Positions 18,872-28,818 of a DNA stretch of 64,000 nucleotides are shown piece by piece. The notes under the pieces are model-generated. The model had not been told where the DNA came from. It did no database searches and saw only the letters and a program-made list of their open reading frames with translations. Location: the NCBI GenBank assembly GCA_036337435.1, contig JAYZEG010000066.1:29959-93958 (forward strand). The letters are read 5' to 3'. A program made the translations under genes and the position numbers. Each line of letters begins with the position of its first letter. Position 1 is the stretch's first letter. The stretch is from Myxococcota bacterium. GTDB lineage: Bacteria; Myxococcota_A; Bradymonadia; UBA7976; UBA1532.

Positions 18872-20056
18872 GTGAGAGACCTATTCGGCAAGATGTACAA
18901 ATGCTGTCCGCGGTATCTGTCTCTGGTCTTCCTTCTTTTTTTGGCTGGTTGCGGTGCGCCTGACGACCTCAAAAGTCCGATAAATCAAGTTCCAATCAGC
19001 TGTCCCACGTTGCTCGAAGCAATGCCGAGAACCTATGGCCTGTTTGAAAGCGGTGAACTGCCGGCAATCAAGTCATTAATTGCCGAAAGTTTAACCGATG
19101 CGCAATTCTCAGCCCTGTTGGATGCAATTCTGACTATCATTCGTGACCTATCGCCGACTGAGTTGGACGACCTATCAAGCTTGGCGGAAACCACAAATTT
19201 TCAATCAGTTACCCAGACGCTGGTGTCGGTTTTTCAATTCATTGGAGGTACGCAGGACGGGCGTCTCCCCTATCGAAGAGAAATCGTAACTGCTTTACGC
19301 CGCATCATCACCAATTGCGAAGCCAATTCACTTCTCTCCGCCATCAATTATACACTGACCTCCGCAGAGCTGCCAGACCTCTTAAGGGATCTGAGTGCAC
19401 TGATGAATGACGAGCGTTTTCAGAATGTTCTCGATGTACAGGGGGGGTTGAGCCGAGATGGGTTTGCAGCCCTGGTCTGTAATGCAACCAACAATCTTTC
19501 CAAAAATGATTTCTCGATCCTCAACGATATCATACAGCCCATTGCCGCCCTTGATGTCTTGCCCTTGGACCAACCACCCATTAACAGTTTTCTACGGAAT
19601 TTAGACCTCTTATTGAGCGACAGCCGTCCACTCCGCCCAGCCCTCGCCAATACCGTCTGTTGTAATCTCTATGACGTGCCACAATGTGCATCTATTGGAC
19701 CGAGAACGTCGGTCATTGACCGGCCCCCCGTATTCGTATGGGCAATGCACGATATCCTCTCCACCCCGACCCCCCAATTGGAGAGTTTGCTCGAACAACT
19801 GAGGCTATTTATTGATAACCCTGTCGTCGCGCCAGCACTGCGCCCCTTGTCTGTAGCACTCAACAAAATAAGCGAGCGTTTTGCAGTGAGGCAAGCCATC
19901 GCAAGTGTGCTTCGGTCGCTCTTCGAACCCGACCGGGCGGAGTTTCTGATGCGGGAAGTTGTCGCCTTACTCAACGTCGGTTTCGTCGATGAACTTTTAC
20001 AAGTCGTCCGCCTCATCGCCAAAGGTTGCCAGCCGCAGGATATACGGAGCCAATGA
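18872..20056 (+). CDS. Alpha-helical lipoprotein of unknown function
   Basis: Lipobox LFLAG|C and Leu-rich helical body. Alternative start ATG 18893. Confidence 0.7.
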   Translation: MRDLFGKMYKCCPRYLSLVFLLFLAGCGAPDDLKSPINQVPISCPTLLEAMPRTYGLFESGELPAIKSLIAESLTDAQFSALLDAILTIIRDLSPTELDDLSSLAETTNFQSVTQTLVSVFQFIGGTQDGRLPYRREIVTALRRIITNCEANSLLSAINYTLTSAELPDLLRDLSALMNDERFQNVLDVQGGLSRDGFAALVCNATNNLSKNDFSILNDIIQPIAALDVLPLDQPPINSFLRNLDLLLSDSRPLRPALANTVCCNLYDVPQCASIGPRTSVIDRPPVFVWAMHDILSTPTPQLESLLEQLRLFIDNPVVAPALRPLSVALNKISERFAVRQAIASVLRSLFEPDRAEFLMREVVALLNVGFVDELLQVVRLIAKGCQPQDIRSQ

Positions 20057-21378
20057 AGCAATTTTTCTACTTGGCCGGAATGCTGGCTACACTCTCAGCA
20101 CCCATTGCTCTGAGTGCCAGTCCCCTCGACATCTTTGAATTTGAAGCGCGGGGTAGTGCCATGGGTGGTGCTATGACCGCCGGTTCCAACGACTACACAG
20201 CTGTCTTTTACAACCCCGGTGCCTTGACTCAAGCGAAGACATTGACGACCGGTTTCGGACTTTTAAGTTCCTTTCCTCAAGCCTCACTGAGCTTGAATAA
20301 AACTGCACAAGACGACGCGTCAAGACCACTGGAGCCGGGACAACGTCACGGCATATCAATGGGACTGAGTACACCACTGGGAGGCGGAATTGGAAACCGG
20401 TTTGCTTTGGGAATCGGCATTTATGCCCCCTTTGCCCATAGCCTGCGGGGCGAAATCTTGGCACCTCAGGCCCCTCAATTTTATCGATACCAAAATCGAC
20501 CCGACCGATTTGTTGGTTTGAGTGCTCTTGCATTCAAAGTGACCAATTGGCTCAGCATTGGAATCGGCGTAAGTCTTTTAGCGGACTTGGTTGGACGGGT
20601 TCGCCTAGACCTTCGGGTCAGCGAAAGGCGAGTCGTTTCACAATCAGCACGGGTCGATTTCCCCCTTAAACTGACGCCAACGGCCGGTATAGTATTGACA
20701 CCGTTTGCTGCCTTTAAATTGGGCCTAAGCTGGCGCAAAGACACCATGCTTAATTTCAAGATTCCAAGCGCACTCGCAGTGGATGACGCAATCGAACTAG
20801 AGTTCGTTGTCGGTGGTGTTGTACTCTACAGCCCGGAAACATATGCACTTGGCATGAGCTACGCCTTTAGCCACTGGGATGCGGTGGTTTCAGTCGACGC
20901 ACTGTGGACAAGGTGGTCGAAGGCACCGGATCCGTCTTTGCGCATCAACGTGAACGCAGCCGGCCCGTTACTCGACGCACTGGGCGTCGAAGATCGCCTA
21001 GATATCCAAGGCCGGCCGCCCATCGATTTAGCATTCCGAGACGTGGTCCAATTTAAGGTCGGCTTGGAACAACCCGTATTTGAGCAGCTCACTCTCCGAA
21101 CGGGATATCACTACAGACCAGCACCAGCACCACTGCCGTCTGGCCCCTACAATTATCTTGACCCAAGTTCCCATAGGGCCTCATTGGGTATGGGTGTGCA
21201 ATTAAGCAAGGCGGATAATCCATCATCACGAACAGTTTCTCTAGACTTAGCCTACGCTGCTACGGTAATCCCCCAGGTAAAGATTGCGCAACGAGCTGGT
21301 CCGCTGGATCCCGTCGGGGATTTCGTAGCAAAAGCTGTCATTCATAGCGTCAACATCAGTTTGTTGCACAAGTTCTAA
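20053..21378 (+). CDS. OmpP1/FadL/TodX family outer-membrane transporter
   Basis: ARGSAMGGA..A..YNPGAL hatch motif, WLSIGIG, LTLRTGY and C-terminal Phe. ATGA overlap with the lipoprotein gene. Confidence 0.85.
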   Translation: MKQFFYLAGMLATLSAPIALSASPLDIFEFEARGSAMGGAMTAGSNDYTAVFYNPGALTQAKTLTTGFGLLSSFPQASLSLNKTAQDDASRPLEPGQRHGISMGLSTPLGGGIGNRFALGIGIYAPFAHSLRGEILAPQAPQFYRYQNRPDRFVGLSALAFKVTNWLSIGIGVSLLADLVGRVRLDLRVSERRVVSQSARVDFPLKLTPTAGIVLTPFAAFKLGLSWRKDTMLNFKIPSALAVDDAIELEFVVGGVVLYSPETYALGMSYAFSHWDAVVSVDALWTRWSKAPDPSLRINVNAAGPLLDALGVEDRLDIQGRPPIDLAFRDVVQFKVGLEQPVFEQLTLRTGYHYRPAPAPLPSGPYNYLDPSSHRASLGMGVQLSKADNPSSRTVSLDLAYAATVIPQVKIAQRAGPLDPVGDFVAKAVIHSVNISLLHKF

Positions 21379-21426
21379 AACTTCGCCTGGCGAGACTCCG
21401 CAAACGGAGATGGAGTAGACATTTTC

Positions 21427-23286
21427 ATGATGAATTTTCTCGACCTAGCAAAAAGTGGCGGGCTTCTCTTCGACGGGGCGATGGGCACCATGCTCTATCA
21501 GCGTGGAATTTTTCTCAATCGCTGCTTCGAAGCCGTCAACTTAGAGCAACCTGAGCTGGTCGGCCGGATACATCAAGAGTACCTTCAAGCGGGTGCCCAA
21601 GTCATCACTGCCAACACCTTTGGTTCGGGTCGACTCAAGTTAGAAAAGCATGGACTCAGCGATAAATTTGAAGACATTAACCGCCGTGGTGTGGAACTGG
21701 CGCAAAATGCCGTCGAGGGTCGCGCCTACGTGGCCGGTAGCATTGGTCCATCAGGGATCGTCGGTCTTTCAGGGCTCGCTGGTGAGGAAGGGCTGCGCGC
21801 ACAAGAGAGTCTGCAGGAACACATTTCACTGCTGGTCGATGCCGGGGTTGACCTCTTGTGTTTGGAGACATTTGGTGTCGTCTCCGAACTTGAATTGGCC
21901 ATTCGTCTGAGTAAAGCGTACTGCGACTTGCCGGTCGTTGCGTTGTGTATGTTTACAGAAGGTGGTTCGACCCGACGGGGGCTTACACCGGAAGCGGTTG
22001 GGCGCCGCCTGATCGATGCTGGAGCCGATGTCATCGGAGCCAATTGTGGTGGCGGCCCTGACCATCTTTTCGGTGTGACAACCAGACTGGTCGATTTGGG
22101 TCATCCGGTGGTTGCCATGGCCAATGCTGGCAACCCCAAGACGGTTGAGAACCGAACGATTTACGTAGCCAACCCGGAATATTTCGGTGTCTTCGCAAGA
22201 CGTTTGTTTAAGGCAGGGGTGAAGGTTGTTGGCGGCTGCTGCGGCACAACGCCCGAGCATGTCCGACGAATGGCAAACTCCGCACGAATGCTGCGCGCCA
22301 CGAACGGCGTTCTCGACGCTGAATACGTGGACTCCGGAAAAGACTATACAGGACGAATCACGCCCCTGGCAGACCGAAGTGAGCTCGGTGCGTCCCTCGA
22401 CCGGAATGAATTTGTGACCAGCGTCGAGCTCAACCCACCCAACGGTCTCGATTTGTCGTCACGGATCACTGCAGCCCGTGCCTTGCAGGACTTCGGTGTG
22501 ACAACCATCAACATCGCCGACGGTCCACGAGCAAGCTTGAGAATGGGCAACGTGGCAATGGCCGTTGAAGTCGCTCACAAGACGAGTTTATCTCCCCTCG
22601 TTCATGTCTGCTGTCGTGACCGAAACTATCTGGGGTTACAATCACATCTTCTCGGCATGCATGTCCAAGGGATACGCAATATCGTCGTAATCACGGGTGA
22701 CCCACCAAAAATGGGGCCATTCCCCCATGCTACAGGCGTTTATGACGTCAATAGTATCGGGCTATTGGACTTAATCCAGGGGTTTAACCACGGCATCGAT
22801 GCCAGTGGTCAAACTTTGCCAGACCGTACCTCGTTCGTGTGCGCTACGGGCGCAGAGCCAGCTGCCCACGACTATGACCGGGAATTGAGACGGCTGGAAA
22901 TGAAAATCAACGCAGGGGCCAGTGTCATCATGACCCAGCCTGTTTACGATTCAGCTGTCATAGAGCGATTCTTAAACGACATCAAAGAATTCAATGTCCC
23001 CGTAATGCTTGGTTTGTGTCCCCTGGCAAGCTATCGGAATGCAGTTTTCCTCCATAAGAACGTGCCCGGTATGAGCGTCCCTGACGATGTCCTAGCACGG
23101 ATGAAAAGTGCCGATGACAATGGACAGGGTCAAGAAGCGGGTATCGCCATCGCCCGGGAGGCTTTGGCGGCCAGTCGTTCGAATATCCAGGGTGCATATA
23201 TCATGCCTCCATTTGGACGATACAAGGTGGCAATGGCCGTTTTGGACGGTTTTGTAGGCCCGCAAAAAATGACTCCGAAAGGCTGA
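21427..23286 (+). CDS. yitJ: Bifunctional homocysteine S-methyltransferase / 5,10-methylenetetrahydrofolate reductase
   Basis: DGAMGT, GANC and GGCCGTTP (HMT domain); IADGPRA, CRDRN..GLQS, TGDPP and TQPVY (MTHFR domain). Confidence 0.92.
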   Translation: MMNFLDLAKSGGLLFDGAMGTMLYQRGIFLNRCFEAVNLEQPELVGRIHQEYLQAGAQVITANTFGSGRLKLEKHGLSDKFEDINRRGVELAQNAVEGRAYVAGSIGPSGIVGLSGLAGEEGLRAQESLQEHISLLVDAGVDLLCLETFGVVSELELAIRLSKAYCDLPVVALCMFTEGGSTRRGLTPEAVGRRLIDAGADVIGANCGGGPDHLFGVTTRLVDLGHPVVAMANAGNPKTVENRTIYVANPEYFGVFARRLFKAGVKVVGGCCGTTPEHVRRMANSARMLRATNGVLDAEYVDSGKDYTGRITPLADRSELGASLDRNEFVTSVELNPPNGLDLSSRITAARALQDFGVTTINIADGPRASLRMGNVAMAVEVAHKTSLSPLVHVCCRDRNYLGLQSHLLGMHVQGIRNIVVITGDPPKMGPFPHATGVYDVNSIGLLDLIQGFNHGIDASGQTLPDRTSFVCATGAEPAAHDYDRELRRLEMKINAGASVIMTQPVYDSAVIERFLNDIKEFNVPVMLGLCPLASYRNAVFLHKNVPGMSVPDDVLARMKSADDNGQGQEAGIAIAREALAASRSNIQGAYIMPPFGRYKVAMAVLDGFVGPQKMTPKG

Positions 23287-23393
23287 AATAAGCCTCAGAT
23301 GGTTTGGCATCCTGAATAATTCGATTGGAAGTACATCTCTTGTTCGATTATGCATTAGAGTGTTTAACATCAGACTTGAGTCAGGATTGAATT

Positions 23394-24353
23394 ATGCTAT
23401 TTCGAACCTTCACCCTGTTCCTGGGGCTATCTCTACCCCTATACGCCAATGCTTCCGAGGTCTGCGTCTCCATTGACGAGACCGTCGACGGTTTGTCCCC
23501 TCAGGAGAGAAAATCGAGTTTACTGATCGCAAAAGGCGCATTCGGGAAACTCAAGGTCAAGGTGGTCCCAGCTCCTTGTGAAAATGAGTATAAGTTTGCT
23601 GCCGGAAACCTAGGGCGGGCCTTGATCGCCACAGTCTCTGGCCCTAAAGGAACCCAAAAGAGAAAAGCGGACAGTATCGAAGAGTTGGCCGAAGTTTACG
23701 ACCAATTGGTCCGAGCCATTTGGCTTGGTGGCGATGTGGATGACAATTCCGGCGAATCAATCACTCGAACAAACGTGGATACGCGGCGGCAATTCCCTGG
23801 GCGCGTTAAAGACGATAGACTGGTTTCGTTCTCCCTGGGCGGTGCCTTTATCCAGGGCGTAGACGTAGACGAAGTACCCATCGTTTTAGGGTTGGCGAGG
23901 TCCCATGAATTGGACAGGTTCGCCCTCGATTACGGTGGCTACACACTGTTCACCTACGGTGATGATGAGTCGTCAGGAAAAGACAGTGAGGGTGCCTTCC
24001 GAATCGCCCTACATCTCGGCGGGAAGTATTTCTTCGATCCGGCCAGTAACTATAGTCCTTATGCATCTGGGGCATTGACAGCGACCTATTCGGTGACTGA
24101 AATCGACGATGCGAGCTACACCGGTGGTGGCCTCGGCACTCGTCTTGCCGTGGGCTACAGCATTGGACGTGCCAGTACCATCAGAGGTTTTGTTGAACTC
24201 TGCGCTGACCTTCCCTTCTACAACCAAGAATATTCGACGTTTAACGGAAGTGGCCCACGGCCAGAGAGTGTCGGAGACGAGGTATACACAGCGTTTTACG
24301 GCCTGGTTCTCGGCGTGAGCTACACGACACACCGATATGGATTCATTCCTTAA
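23394..24353 (+). CDS. Secreted hypothetical protein with a probable C-terminal small beta-barrel
   Basis: Signal peptide; Gly/aromatic-rich amphipathic strands in the C-terminal half. Confidence 0.55.
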   Translation: MLFRTFTLFLGLSLPLYANASEVCVSIDETVDGLSPQERKSSLLIAKGAFGKLKVKVVPAPCENEYKFAAGNLGRALIATVSGPKGTQKRKADSIEELAEVYDQLVRAIWLGGDVDDNSGESITRTNVDTRRQFPGRVKDDRLVSFSLGGAFIQGVDVDEVPIVLGLARSHELDRFALDYGGYTLFTYGDDESSGKDSEGAFRIALHLGGKYFFDPASNYSPYASGALTATYSVTEIDDASYTGGGLGTRLAVGYSIGRASTIRGFVELCADLPFYNQEYSTFNGSGPRPESVGDEVYTAFYGLVLGVSYTTHRYGFIP

Positions 24354-24371
24354 TAGAGTCGCAACTGCGTA

Positions 24372-26066
24372 CTACCAGTCACCGCTTCGTAGAATGCGCC
24401 AGACCAATCGAATCCCTAAAAACCCCCCGGCGGTTAAACAGAGAGTCGCGGGCCACGGGATACCCAGGAGCGTACTCACCGAGTCATTGCGCATCACGAT
24501 GCCGGCGGTAAACAGAACGCCTGTCAAAACAACCAGGCTAAGCCGATTCCAGCGACTTCGACGCGCTGTTTCCATTCTTTCGGCATCCGGATATTCGACA
24601 CCGATATTAATTCGGCCGTCATCAATATGCTCCAGAAACTGATGGGCAACCAGTGGAAACTTTTGACCAAATCGTGCAAAGGCCTGAACTGTATCCGCTG
24701 TATTCTTGATGACGCGTTGGGGAGAATACCTTTCTGCGACCAACCGCTCAACGTAGGGCTTACATTCGGCGACGATGTCAAGGTCTGGGCTGATCTGCTT
24801 GCCAATGCCCTCAACGGTCATGATCGCTTTGAAAAACATCGTGAAATCTGAGGGGACTCTGAGATTATGACGAATCGCCCCTTCAATGATTTCCCGGAGA
24901 TAAGACCCAAAATCAATATTCGCTAATGACACGTTATCAAAATAGATGTCCATCAGCTCCGCGACATCTGCCTCAAAAGCCGAATAATCCGTTTTGCCAC
25001 GCTTGATACCGATGGTGTAAAGCGTCTGTGCCAAAGCCTCGCAGTCTTTCGTTGCAATACTGAGAAACAAATCAGCCATAGCGTCTTTATTGGCATGGCT
25101 CATCCTGCCTACCAGGCCGAAGTCAATGAGTCCAACACGGCCGTCTTCGAGCACCCAGAGATTTCCGGGGTGCAAATCTCCATGGAAGAAGCCATCTTCA
25201 AAAACCATCTTGAAAAGAAGACTCACGCAATCTTTTGCAATGGCCTCCATATCGTATCCGTGGCCAACAGCCTCGGTAATTTTACGCCCCTTAAGTCGTT
25301 CCATGACCATAACGGTCTGACTGCTTAGGTCTTCATACACATCTGGGATATAAACTTGGTCCCATGTCGAAAAGTTCTTCGAGAAGCGTATTAAGTTCCG
25401 AGATTCAAATTTAAAGTCGAGTTCCTTACTGATGGCGCGTTCAAATTCACGGACGATGGCAACAGGATCGAAAGCTTCGGCTTCCGGAACCGTCTCTTCT
25501 ACTTTTTTTGCAAGCCAGTAGAGGATGTGTAAATCGGCCTCAATTTTTTTGCCAATACCAGGTCTCTGTACCTTAACGACCACTTCTGTGCCGTCGAGGA
25601 GAGCAGCAGAATGAACCTGAGCGATACTCGCGCTGGCCAGCGGCTCCTCCTCAAAGGTTGAAAACGCCTCATCGAGTGTTCGCCCGAGTGACTCTTCAAC
25701 CACAGACTTCGCATCATTCCAATCAATCGTGTTGACGTGGTCCTGTAATGTTTTCAATTCATCGCAGAGTTCTTGTGGAATCAGATCCGGCCGAGTCGAC
25801 AAAATTTGTCCGAGCTTAACGAATGTAGGGCCTAAATCTTGAAGCGCGAGAGCAATCCGCTCATACGGAGAGAGTCGATCTTCGTCTGCATCTCGCTTCT
25901 GTAAAATCGGTGCTAGGACGATCTTATCCTGCAGCTGCCAGGCCTCGACAAAATGACCAAACCCATGTCGCACCAGCACGATGGCAATTTCCCGAGCTCG
26001 AGAAATATCCTTCAGTGCCGTCCGGGCGGCCCGAAAGTTCGTGTAAACTGCTCGCATGGTAGACAT
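24372..26066 (-). CDS. ubiB: ABC1/AarF/UbiB family atypical kinase
   Basis: LGPTFVKLGQ, LASASIAQVH, VVKVQRP, ELDF, FHGDLHPGN, IDFG motifs and C-terminal TMs. Start chosen at ATG 26066. Confidence 0.88.
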   Translation of the reverse strand: MSTMRAVYTNFRAARTALKDISRAREIAIVLVRHGFGHFVEAWQLQDKIVLAPILQKRDADEDRLSPYERIALALQDLGPTFVKLGQILSTRPDLIPQELCDELKTLQDHVNTIDWNDAKSVVEESLGRTLDEAFSTFEEEPLASASIAQVHSAALLDGTEVVVKVQRPGIGKKIEADLHILYWLAKKVEETVPEAEAFDPVAIVREFERAISKELDFKFESRNLIRFSKNFSTWDQVYIPDVYEDLSSQTVMVMERLKGRKITEAVGHGYDMEAIAKDCVSLLFKMVFEDGFFHGDLHPGNLWVLEDGRVGLIDFGLVGRMSHANKDAMADLFLSIATKDCEALAQTLYTIGIKRGKTDYSAFEADVAELMDIYFDNVSLANIDFGSYLREIIEGAIRHNLRVPSDFTMFFKAIMTVEGIGKQISPDLDIVAECKPYVERLVAERYSPQRVIKNTADTVQAFARFGQKFPLVAHQFLEHIDDGRINIGVEYPDAERMETARRSRWNRLSLVVLTGVLFTAGIVMRNDSVSTLLGIPWPATLCLTAGGFLGIRLVWRILRSGDW

Positions 26067-26237
26067 GGCTGACATACTAACCCGATGAGCGCAGAGAAGC
26101 GAAAATACAGTGATAAAATGATCAAAGAACACATGCCATGACCGTAAAAACGGTGACTTGGTTCGTCATCAGACGGTCATCGACCCCATGCAATTTATCA
26201 TGTAGTGTCCACACCGAGCACAATTGCGGAGTGACGG

Positions 26238-26990
26238 GTGAAACTGTTCTGGGGCTTTAGCGCCCTCTTTATTTGGCGGCTATTGACCATGCTGCCGGCT
26301 TCGGCAGTCAATCGAATGTATCGAACCGAAGCCTATTTAGGCGGCATCATCATGGCGACCGCGATTCTGATTACAGTCCATACTCGTTTTTTCGGAGCAA
26401 CGAAAAAGTCCATGCCCACGCCAATCTATTGGTTACCCTTGGCTTTCTGTGCTGGCTGCGGATTTGGCATAATCGGCAAAGAACTGAGGAATATTGGACT
26501 CAGCATCGCCAGCGAAACAATTCCCTTGGCGATGGCGACACCACCAAACGTCTCTCCTACTCTGGCTGCTATGCTAGCGAGCTTGGTCTATCCTACCTGC
26601 TTCGTCATGGTCTTCTGTTGTGTCATCGCTCACGCCATTTATAGTCCACCAAAGCTTTGGCAAGCACTGGCCATAACCGTCATCATAGGGTCTATCGGTG
26701 TACCCCTGCCCCTGATCCCCAAAGTCATCTTTGTACTTGGCTTACCCGTGTGGCTCTATCTACGAACACAATCCGTGTCCCTTGCAATTCTCAGTTACCT
26801 TCCAGCAAACAGCTTGCCGTTAATCAACGCATTGGGCATAAATCCAGGCATCTCAGGATTTGATTTAGAGGATCCGATGAAAGTCATTTTACAGCCTATT
26901 TGGTTCAATGCTTTCGGTGCTGTACTCATTGCGCTTGGCCTTTTTCCAATTTTGAATTCACTCACACTCGAGGACGACGAAACCCCATGA
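26238..26990 (+). CDS. Integral membrane protein (distantly CPBP/Abi-like)
   Basis: About 7 hydrophobic segments; WLYLRTQS...AI motif. ATGA-coupled to murJ. Confidence 0.5.
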   Translation: MKLFWGFSALFIWRLLTMLPASAVNRMYRTEAYLGGIIMATAILITVHTRFFGATKKSMPTPIYWLPLAFCAGCGFGIIGKELRNIGLSIASETIPLAMATPPNVSPTLAAMLASLVYPTCFVMVFCCVIAHAIYSPPKLWQALAITVIIGSIGVPLPLIPKVIFVLGLPVWLYLRTQSVSLAILSYLPANSLPLINALGINPGISGFDLEDPMKVILQPIWFNAFGAVLIALGLFPILNSLTLEDDETP

Positions 26991-28540
26991 CACGTAAGGC
27001 AATTGGAATTGCATCTGTCATTTGGGGCGTAAGCATTCTGCTATCCCGTTTGATCGGCCTCATACGAGAATCAGTGATCGGCCGCACCCTTGGGGGAGGG
27101 TCCGAGGCTGACGCATATTGGACGGCCTTTGTTCTCCCTGATTTTCTCAATTATTTGCTCGCAGGTGGTGTACTATCAATCGTTTTTATCCCTATCTTCG
27201 GTGCCTACCTGGTCAAGGATCAGAGAGCCGAGGCTTGGCGTTCATTCTCAGTCATTGCCAACGTCCTGACACTCACTATGGTTGTCCTCACCGGGATATT
27301 ATGGACGTGGGTTCCTGACATCACGCCTATCATTGCCCCCGGAATAATCGGTGACGAGCGGCTGCTCTTGAATGAATTGGTTCGGATCATATTGCCCGCG
27401 CAGGTTTTTCATCTAACAGGTGGTCTGTTGAGCGCAACCTTGCAGGCGCAAGATAAGCATGTCTTTCCAGCACTGGCCCCCTTGGTTTACACGGGATGTA
27501 TTATTTTGGGAGGCCTGCTCTTTGGAGATATGCTGGGTGCGAAGGGGTTTGCCTGGGGGGTTTTGGTCGGTTCGTTCCTTGGCCCATTTGGCCTTCCGCT
27601 TGTCGGTGCGCTCAAATCGGGCTTGAATTGGCAGTTTCGACTCTCGCTGCGTCATCAAGATCTGAAAACCTACGTTCTGCTCAGCCTACCGGTGATGCTC
27701 GGATTTTCAATTATCGTCCTCGATGACATGCTCCTCAAGCATTTTGGCTCGACGATTTCGGAAGGCGTCATTTCCAGGCTCCAGTATGCAAAAACTCTGA
27801 TGAAGGTCCCTATGGGGGTTTTTGGATTGGCTGTCGGCGTTGCCAGCTACCCCACGCTAACCCGGCTCCTCGCTGATTCCAAAATGCAGCAAGCCAGCAG
27901 CCTCATCACCGATGCGCTCTGTGGTCTTTTCGTTCTTGCCTTGACTGCACAGGGCGCACTCACTGTCGTCGGTCCGGAAATGGCGGCCGTAATTTGGGGA
28001 CAAGCCCGATTTAATCCGGCTGAAATCGCCGAGATTGGTTTGCTGACAGGTCTCCTGTCATTGGGCCTCTGGGCATGGTCCGCACAAGTCTTGGTGGCCC
28101 GAGGTTTCTATGCACTAGGGGACACTTGGACGCCCACAATCGTCGGTTCAGTGATCGCGATAGGCGCATACCCCCTCTATCAATTCCTCGGCGAACAGCA
28201 CGGAGCCCAAGGCTTAGCGGCGGCATCCGCGGCGGCCATCATTCTTTACTGCACCACCCTCACAGTGTTGCTACGACGCCGTCTCAACTCATCGATGGAC
28301 TTTTTGATTCGTCCGCTGGTCGTCCTGCTTAAAATGACTGTATCCACAGCGCTCTCAGTTGTGCTTCTCTCAAATCTAAAGAGCGAACCGGTCCTGATGG
28401 AAATGTCTGCGTTCTGGCGCGGCCTCGCATTGGGCCTAGCAACCATCACGATGACCATTTTATGCGCAGCCGTGTTACGGGTCTCAGAAGTGACTCAATT
28501 GGCTAATCGTACCTTTGGACGCCTACGACGACGTGGGTAA
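26987..28540 (+). CDS. murJ: Lipid II flippase MurJ (MviN)
   Basis: LSRLIGLIRE, DAY..AF.LPD, FIP, P.GVFG...YP, RGFYALGDTWTP motifs; about 13-14 TMs. Confidence 0.9.
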   Translation: MTRKAIGIASVIWGVSILLSRLIGLIRESVIGRTLGGGSEADAYWTAFVLPDFLNYLLAGGVLSIVFIPIFGAYLVKDQRAEAWRSFSVIANVLTLTMVVLTGILWTWVPDITPIIAPGIIGDERLLLNELVRIILPAQVFHLTGGLLSATLQAQDKHVFPALAPLVYTGCIILGGLLFGDMLGAKGFAWGVLVGSFLGPFGLPLVGALKSGLNWQFRLSLRHQDLKTYVLLSLPVMLGFSIIVLDDMLLKHFGSTISEGVISRLQYAKTLMKVPMGVFGLAVGVASYPTLTRLLADSKMQQASSLITDALCGLFVLALTAQGALTVVGPEMAAVIWGQARFNPAEIAEIGLLTGLLSLGLWAWSAQVLVARGFYALGDTWTPTIVGSVIAIGAYPLYQFLGEQHGAQGLAAASAAAIILYCTTLTVLLRRRLNSSMDFLIRPLVVLLKMTVSTALSVVLLSNLKSEPVLMEMSAFWRGLALGLATITMTILCAAVLRVSEVTQLANRTFGRLRRRG

Positions 28541-28816
28541 CTAACCCTCTGTGCGGTCATGCCGCTTTTCATGTCGGTCGAGCAAGTAGATGGCCAGCAA
28601 AACCGGCACTGAGAGAGCAAAACAAAGAATGATGATCCAGGACCCAAATGCATCTGGGGGCAGAAAATAGGCATGGCCCAAATACTCTGCGGTAAAGAAT
28701 ACGGCTGCATACGCAGCCAATAGTTTTGGTCGTCGCCAGTATCTGAACTTGAGGGCAAATAGCGCGGTGAGAAGCGTCGTCATTGCCAGTGCTGTCAAAA
28801 CAGCATGCATGGTCAT
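28541..28816 (-). CDS. Small 3-TM hypothetical membrane protein
   Basis: Hydrophobic ORF immediately downstream of prfC. Start is either ATG 28816 or GTG 28819. Confidence 0.55.
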   Translation of the reverse strand: MTMHAVLTALAMTTLLTALFALKFRYWRRPKLLAAYAAVFFTAEYLGHAYFLPPDAFGSWIIILCFALSVPVLLAIYLLDRHEKRHDRTEG

Positions 28817-28818
28817 CA

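Noticed and set aside
21379..21426. Possible SAM or other riboswitch upstream of yitJ
   Set aside because: The region is only 48 nt with two tiny hairpins and no recognisable riboswitch consensus.
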